NCBI GenBank assembly: GCA_951406725.2
Contig: OX597817.1
Coordinates: 151,342,001-151,406,000 of the forward strand
Direction of reading: 5' to 3'
Length of the DNA stretch: 64,000 nt
From: Octopus vulgaris
Lineage: Eukaryota
Shown here: piece after piece, positions 55,946 to 64,000 of the stretch
Layout of the letters: each line of letters starts with the position of its first letter
Position numbering within the stretch: position 1 is the first letter of the stretch
Made by a program: the position numbers and the translations under genes
The notes under the pieces: model-generated
The model's input: only the letters and a program-made list of their open reading frames with translations
The model's database searches: none
Told to the model about the DNA's origin: nothing

Positions 55946-56194
55946 TACAGGGTAAATGTTTTTCAATTTTCTCCTGGTTTACGGAATTGACGTTATTTTG
56001 CGGTTAAAGCTTTTGGCTGTTATTTCTAGTGGGTGAATGGCCTATTATGGCCGTTCCTTGATTGTTAATGTTGAACTTAAAAATGGTTTATGACTATTTA
56101 ATTTTTTCCCACTAGGCCGCTGGTGGCAAAAGAATTCTACAAAATTTTTTTTGCCACCCTATATTGATTAATTATATATATATATATATATATA

Positions 56195-56455
56195 TGTATA
56201 TGTAAATTGAAATTGGGATCAAAACGGTAATAACGGAATTTTTTAGAAATTTCTATCGGCTAGTTTCGAGATGCATGTTAATTGTGATATTATAATGGTT
56301 ATTGACAATTTGTCTATTTTCGGCATATTTGGCATTAGAAGTTTTTTCTTTTGCCCTTATTTTATAAGTTATTTATAAATTTAACCTTTAAAGGTATTTT
56401 TTAATATGCTGGCCATTGATAACATTTTTTTCGAAAACTTTTATCCTATATTAGA
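56195..56455 (+). mobile_element. (AT)n-flanked 3' fragment of an HHR-bearing family
   Basis: Diverged inverted homolog of 58011-58240; shorter copy at 50400-50485 (-). Confidence 0.7.
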
Positions 56456-56701
56456 TATATATATATATAGATATACACGTGCATTTCTATACATACATTC
56501 GTATGTGTGTGCGCATGTGCGTATGCCTGTGCATGAGCGTGCATGTGTGTGTGTGCGTGCGTATGAGTGTGTGTATGTATGCGTGTGTATGTGTGTGTGT
56601 ATGTGTGTGTGTATGTGTGTGTATGTGTTCGTGCATGTGTTCGTGCATGTGTGTGTATGTGTATGTGTGTATGTATGTGCATGTTTGCGTGCCTCTGTGT
56701 G

Positions 56702-56752
<51 letters not shown>

Positions 56753-57490
56753 GTGTGTGTGTGTGTGTGTGCGTGTATCACATGCTTCTGTGCAGTTTTC
56801 TTCTGGCGTAAAAATCTTGTCACAAGATACTGACCATACAAATATATAATTAGCTAATTACTTTCTTGCAATTATATTTGCACAGAATTTCCCCGTTTAC
56901 TTATTCTTCATTCCCCCCTCCCCGCTCTTCGTTAGTGTTGTTGCTTTTGACTTTATTTATTCTACATTCCAAATCGCTTCGTATGATTTCTTTGAAGATT
57001 TATCATACGACAAAAAAAAGAACAAGAAAGTCCTTATTAGCTTCTGAATTAGATGTTGACCTCTTCGCTGATTACGTTTTAGCTTCGGCAAATGATTCTC
57101 GTCTGGGTAACACTATTTGAAGTTTGTTACATCTAAAACACTGTCCGGTTTCATTGATTAGTCTCTGAGTTATATTTAAACATCCAAGTAAACACTCGAA
57201 GCAAATCTGAATGGAGTTCAAAATAGACAATAATATCTTCGGATAAAATTATCTGCAAAAATAAGAAGAATAAGATGTTTGTGAAACGTTTTAGGGTGCT
57301 ATACTTGCACTGACGTCAGCAAAGGGATCCAAATGAAACAGGTGAAACCAGAAGGGTACCCGGGGTTGCTCTGCAAATAAATCACATTGCTGGTGACTCA
57401 ATTTGTTTAAACAGAAACATTGTCGTAGGTCTAAAGAAATGCACATTCATAATTTTCGATTCTTTATATATATACGTGTGTGTGTGTATG

Positions 57491-57548
<58 letters not shown>

Positions 57549-57735
57549 AGATAGGGGTACGTTACGCCGCCTTAATATATATATAGAAATCAAATATAGA
57601 ATATAAAATATAAATTACAAAATGGGACAAGAACGCAAAAACACACAAAGAGACGACACAAAAAAACAGACAGGTCACTCGAAGCCTCTAATCTTCAGTC
57701 GGAACCGGATCATCTTAGCAATTTCGGCTGTTTAA

Positions 57736-57780
<45 letters not shown>

Positions 57781-57884
57781 AATAATAATATAAACAACAT
57801 ACATATATGCATATATGTATATATATATATAATTTATATTATTATATTATGGAATGACACGCATCCTTTCCGAGTAGGTTTTAT

Positions 57885-58011
<127 letters not shown>

Positions 58012-58237
58012 ATGTAGGATAAAATTCTTTCGGAAAAAAAATTATCAATGGCCAGCATATTAAAAAATACCTTTAAATGTTAAATTCATAAACACTTATA
58101 AATAAGGGCAAACGAAACAATTTCTAATGCCAAATATGCCGAAATAAGACACATTGTCCATAACCATATAATTTAACACAATAAGCACGCTACTCGAAAA
58201 GGTCGACAGAAATTTCTAAAAAATTCCGTTATTACCA

Positions 58238-58290
58238 TATCAGACCGATTTCAGTGTTAGTTCATAAGAACCCTCCCTTCGTCAGTGATA
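58238..58290 (-). ncRNA. Type I hammerhead ribozyme
   Basis: tatca-CTGACGA-agggagggttc-ttat-gaactaacact-GAAAT-cg-GTC-tgata inside insert 58011-58320. Confidence 0.68.
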
Positions 58291-58484
58291 CATGCGGCCC
58301 AAAGAAATAAATGAAACACTTACTCATACCCATGTATGTGTGTATGTGAGTGTATGTGTGTATATATATATGTGTATATATATATATAAATATATATATA
58401 TGTGAGTGTGTGGGTGGGGGATATATATATATATATATATATATATAGTAATAATAATATAAACAATATATATATATGCGTATA

Positions 58485-58540
<56 letters not shown>

Positions 58541-58612
58541 CACTCACACACACATACATATATGCATATATATATATTGTTTATATTATTATTACTATAT
58601 ATATATACACCC

Positions 58613-58647
<35 letters not shown>

Positions 58648-58936
58648 CATTTATATACATATGTAAGTGTACATATATATATATACACGTATATATATAT
58701 GCATATATAAATATACATGTACATATACATATATATGCGTAATAACATGTATATATATGTACGTATACACACACACACATATATATATACAAACATGTAC
58801 GTACATATATATGTGTGTATGTACATATATATAGATATGTAGGTATGCATGTGTGTATGTATGTATGTATCTGTCTGTCAATCTATCTATCCATCTATCT
58901 ATTCATGTCTATTCATCTATCTATCCTCGCTTTCTT

Positions 58937-59033
<97 letters not shown>

Positions 59034-59064
59034 CTGTGTGTTTGTGTGTGTGCGTGTGTGTGTT

Positions 59065-59128
<64 letters not shown>

Positions 59129-59585
59129 TGTATGTGTGTACGTGCGTGTACATTGTAGCGTCAATGGAAACGTGGTTTTCTTGGGTGTATTCTGCATTGA
59201 AAGTAAAAAATCAGACAATTACACATTTGGATTAATGAACACCTCTATGCTAATGTTTCCTCCGCCAAAAATTATCTACCGAAACACCATAACCAGGACA
59301 TCCAGTGTACCATTGAAGCTACAGAAAGGAAAATTGGGAACTTGAGAACAAAAGAAGCAATTTTAATTAAGAAATATTACACGCCACGAATGAATAACAG
59401 ATCACCGTTGCACGCGATCGATTGGTTACAAGAGCGACGCATCTCAGATATACATACTACAGGACAGAGAGGTAAGCGAAGAGCAACTTTTCACCAGATT
59501 TCCTGAAATATTGAAATGTCAGGTAAAACTATCGGCGTGTATTTATCTTTAAAAAATCTAATTAAAAACAGTTATGTGTGTGTGG

Positions 59586-59617
<32 letters not shown>

Positions 59618-59912
59618 GCATGTATGTATATATGTATGCGTGTGTTTTTGTCTCTGCGTTTATTCCAACCACCGCTTAACAACCAATGTTGGTTTGTTTA
59701 TATCCCCGTGACTTAGCTGTTCGGTAAACAGACCGATAGAATAAGTACCAGGCTTAAAAATAAAAGAATTATTGGGGCTGATTTGGTTGAGCCTATTCCT
59801 CGACATTATCGTGGAGTAGTCCATGGATATTACAGATTGTACTGTAATTATCCAGGAATGCAGATTATGGTAGCAAAAACATTTCATCTATGAATTATTA
59901 TTATTATTACTT

Positions 59913-59984
<72 letters not shown>

Positions 59985-59989
<5 letters not shown>

Positions 59990-60474
59990 GTAAATGTAAT
60001 ATGTGGCAATTATTCGATAGCCATGATAAAACTCCGAGTTTCGGATGTCGGGGTGCAAATCCACGCCGCCATTTCTTCAGTTATCCGGCCATCGGAAAAA
60101 TGCTATGAAAATTACCGTTAAACAAAGGGAAATTATTGTGTGATTGACCGTTATTAAGACAAAAGAGCTATTTGAATGACCGCTAAGTGAGGAGAGGGAG
60201 TAAAAGTAAGAAGGGGGGGAGTTTATAGTATTCGCGTAAGCGCGCACGTCCTTACCAACACATGCGTCGTGCCCGCATATCCACGTACGCCTTGATTTTC
60301 CGATGGCCGGATAACTGAAAAGATGGCGGCGTGGATTTCCACCCGACATCCGAAACTCGGCGTTTTATCATGGGTACCGGATAATTGTCACATATTACAT
60401 TTACAGATAAATTCCTCTATTTACATAATATCGAGGTCTCTTTCATTCTTTTGTTGTCTTACCATTTCTATCAA
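59985..60474. mobile_element. Inverted-arm insert with an HHR in each arm
   Basis: Arms 59985-60099 and 60296-60409, ~65-nt tail; gataa-CTGAAGA-...catcc-GAAAC-tcgga-GTT-ttatc at 60025-60085 (-) and CTGAAAA copy at 60310-60369 (+). Confidence 0.78.
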
Positions 60475-60494
60475 TATATATATATATATTTATC

Positions 60495-60705
60495 TGTCCG
60501 GCACTAGTCACCATGATAGATCGTTAGCCACTACACACATTTGTTTCTCTCCTTTCTCTCCTTGTTTTTTCTGTGTCCCTTTCTGTAAAAGAGCGTAGGC
60601 TCGAAACGTAAAAGACTTTTTCTATTCCTGAGCGTTAAACTAATACATCTGTTTGTTTTGTACACCACCTGTCTTCGTCTTTTGTTGTTTTTTTTCGTAA
60701 ACTCT

Positions 60706-60710
<5 letters not shown>
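60495..60710 (+). mobile_element. PLE pseudo-LTR 3' fragment
   Basis: cttt-CTGTAAA-a-gagc-gtag-gctc-GAAAC-GTA-aaag; homologous to 27480-27675 and 16415-16600. Confidence 0.72.
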
Positions 60711-60798
<88 letters not shown>

Positions 60799-61593
60799 TT
60801 CATACATACAATAAGAAGAGGTGATAGAATCGTCATGCTGGTACTAAGCATCTATATTGTGTAGTTGTTCTCTGTTGTATCAACAGAGGAGAGTGTGATG
60901 GAAGGAGAGAAAGGAATGGTATTGATAGAGGAGAGGGAGTAGTGAGTGATAAGGATTGATTTGCTTTGATATTTATGTGTGCACATATTGGGTTAGTGTT
61001 AGGGTGTAAAGGATGTCACGGGGATTACATAGGCCAATGAGAATTCACTCTTAGAAATAGACTTACTATTCATGGACAACACATACGTGACTTCAGTACG
61101 AGGCCGATGTCACTTTGTGGACACGAAGACATATGTGTAAAAAATAAGTCTTTACCTTTGTTCAGTCAATACCACAGACCAAACATGAAGAAATGAAGAA
61201 AATATTTTCATAGAAAACTAAAACTGAATAAACATTAACAAACTACATTCACGAACAACTGCTCACGCACAAACTCATTCTACTGCTTAACATGTTGAAT
61301 TTATACAGCTAACAACATAAACTTTGGACTTGATCATGACTGATAACTGGCAGATTCTTCATGTACATAAATATTGAATGATTAGAAAAATGACATCTAA
61401 TAGCTAAGTTTGATGTTTGTGTACACAGACACAAACTATAACTATTCAAACATTAGGCTACATAGAAACCACTTCTGTCCGCTTTACCAATCGGTAGATT
61501 AAATTTAGAGAGCCTTATTTTGGGACTGTCACTAGACATGTTCATTCAACTGTGTCAGCCTTGATTTTCGACGCAAAAACATAGCTATGTGAA

Positions 61594-61985
61594 AGGCGGC
61601 GAGCTGGCAGAAACGTTAGCACGCCGGGCGAAATACTTAGCGGTATTTCGTCTGCCGCTACGTTCTGAGTTCAAATTCAGCCGAGGTCGACTTTGCCTTT
61701 CATCTTTTCGGGGTCGATTAAATAAGTACCAGTTACGCACTGGGGTCGATATAATCGACTTATTCCGTTTGTCTGTCCTTGTTTGTCCTCTCTGTGTTTA
61801 GCCCCTTGTGGGTAGTAAAGAAATAGGTATTTCGTCTGCCGTTACGTACTGAGTTCAAATTCCGCCGAGGTCGACTTTCGGGGTCGATAAATTAAGTAGC
61901 AGTTACGCATTGGGGTCGATGTAATCGATTTAATCCCTTTGTGTGTCCTTGTTTGTCCCCTCTGTGCTTAGCCCCTTGTGGGGCT
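61594..61985 (+). mobile_element. SINE with duplicated 3' domain
   Basis: Same family and same internal duplication as 4808-5190. Confidence 0.85.
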
Positions 61986-62323
61986 AAACGTAAAAAAATA
62001 AAAATGTATAGCTATATGGTATTAACGCACGGACGTAATGGGGAGCCTACAAAAGTTTATAAGAATACTACTAATCACGAGATCATCGTGGTTTCGCATC
62101 CCGGAGCGGGCGGTGCGTTGTGGTTTTAAGAAAAAAACGCGTCATTTCACATTTCATCAGTTCACGCAGCTGTAAATGCGTAGCCTTGCTCCAGAATGAC
62201 ATCCCGTCTAAGGGTAATGTTGTGATCTTAGTCACTTATACACTGTAGGAACCGGGTAACGGGGCCGTATGAATACCAGGACTCAAGACAGTAATGTTCA
62301 TGAGTTGTTGTCGTTGTTGTTGT

Positions 62324-62362
<39 letters not shown>

Positions 62363-62801
62363 CGATGATGAAGATGATGATGATGATGATGATGATCATC
62401 ATCATCATCATCATCACCATCATCATTATTCTGGTGTCTCTTTAAGTATCAAGTGTTAAGAGATGCCATGAAAATGTAAATTCTCTTCTCTTCCTCTTAT
62501 CTTATTTCTCAAAATGTTTGAGAAATTCTGCCAATTGCTCTGCTTTTCATCTCTCATTGGAACGGTCTGAAGATGCTATCGTCACAATATTAAACAAAGC
62601 CATTTCTTCAGAAGAAGAACACGATTTGAATTTGCAATTGTTTTCTGAAGAGTACTGATTGAGCGATAATTTAAGTGATAAGCACATTTTTACAAAGTTT
62701 TTATTTTATCTATTTGTTTATTAAAAAGCAGAACATAAAAATAATAAAAGCTTTGTCTTTTTTTGTTGGATTTGGTTTGCAAGATTCTTTATGTGAGTTC
62801 G

Positions 62802-63162
62802 TACATACATACACACATATATACATACATAATACATACATACATACATACATACATACATACATACATACATACATACATACATACATACATACATACA
62901 TACATACATACATACATACACACATACATACATACACACATACATGCATACAGACGTATGTACATATATACATACATTCATACACACATGCACATAGATG
63001 CATACATACATTCATTCATATATATATACATACGTACGTAAGTGCGTATGTATGCATATATGTATCTATGAATGTATGTATGTATGTATGTATGTATGTA
63101 TGTATGTATGTATGTATGTATGTATGTATGAATGTTTGTATGCATGTATGTATGTATGAATG

Positions 63163-63196
<34 letters not shown>

Positions 63197-63322
63197 TGTA
63201 TGTATGAATGTATGTATGCATGTATGAACGTATGTATGTATGCATGCATGTATGTATGTATGAATGTATGTATGTATGTATGTATGTATGAATGTTTGTA
63301 TGCATGTATGTATGTATGAATG

Positions 63323-63356
<34 letters not shown>

Positions 63357-63515
63357 TGAATGTATGTATGCATGTATGTATGTATGCATGCATGCATGTA
63401 TGTATGTATGTATGTATATATGCATGCATGTATGTATGTATGAATGTATGTATGTATGTATGTATGCATGTATGTATGTATGTAAGCATATATGTATGAA
63501 TGTATGTATGTATGC

Positions 63516-63548
<33 letters not shown>

Positions 63549-64000
63549 TGTATGTATGTATGAATGTATCTATGTATGAATGTATGTATGTATGTATGAA
63601 TGTATGTTTGAATGTATCTATGTATGAATGTATGTATGTATGTATGAATGTATGTTTGAATGTATGTATGTATGTATGAATGTATGTATGTATGAATGTA
63701 TGTATGTATGAACGAATGAATGTATGTATGAATGTTTGTATGTATGTATGTATGAATGTATGTATGTATATATGAATGTATGTATGTATGTATGAATGTA
63801 TGTATGTATGTATGTATGTATGTATGTATGTATGTATCTATGTATGAATGTATGTATGTATGAATGTATGTATGTATGTATGTATGAATGTTTGTATGTA
63901 TGTATGTATGTATGAATGTATGTATGTATATATGAATGTATGTATGAATGTTTGTATGTATGTATGTATGAATGTATGTATGTATGTTTGTATGTTTGTT
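62802..64000. repeat. (ATAC)n switching to long (ATGT/ATGA)n tetranucleotide tract
   Basis: Direct; polarity flips near 63030-63040. Confidence 0.95.

Larger units (their letters stand above)
55175..56175 (+). repeat. Inverted continuation of the 492-bp array, 2.03 copies
   Basis: Units start at 55175, 55668, 56160; the first has a 1-nt insertion and one substitution; ends in (AT)n. Confidence 0.95.

Noticed and set aside
52536-56175. CRISPR array, plain satellite DNA, or endless-ORF circle (492 is divisible by 3)
   Set aside because: No unique spacers or cas genes; the ribozyme and strand-polar structure argue against plain satellite; the main frame has a stop and stops are frequent elsewhere; no opposite-polarity ribozyme seen, so no support for viroid-like symmetric replication.

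Overview
AT-rich eukaryotic, intergenic or intronic DNA. The SINE families and dense (AT)n/(ATAC)n/(ATCT)n microsatellites suggest a coleoid cephalopod, probably Octopus (inference). I found no convincing host gene; nearly all ORF-track entries are microsatellite artefacts. Recognisable transposons are a decayed Gypsy LTR element with both LTRs and a 5-bp TSD (6269-10660), Penelope-like element (PLE) fragments of Neptune type (25571-27675) and Naiad type (11665-11957, 32097-32841), a decayed L1/Tx1 LINE (~33920-38200), Tc1/mariner relics, non-autonomous Helitrons and many SINEs. The main signal is a family of hammerhead-ribozyme (HHR) retroelements inserted in (AT)n tracts, with about 30 HHR-like motifs by manual count, degenerate ones included. 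It comprises (i) a near-identical array of a highly structured 492-bp unit, each with a canonical type I HHR whose stem II is greatly extended, arranged as 5.4 copies plus 2 inverted copies (52536-56175); (ii) a second HHR-bearing ~645-bp tandem (23231-24590) with a covarying relative at 52008-52513 and an apparent empty paralogous site at 30607-30930; (iii) at least seven stereotyped 'inverted arm + sense arm + short 3' tail' inserts. These look like large retrozyme-like (circular RNA-forming) elements mobilised by PLEs. All RNA structures were read by eye; no folding or database search was run.
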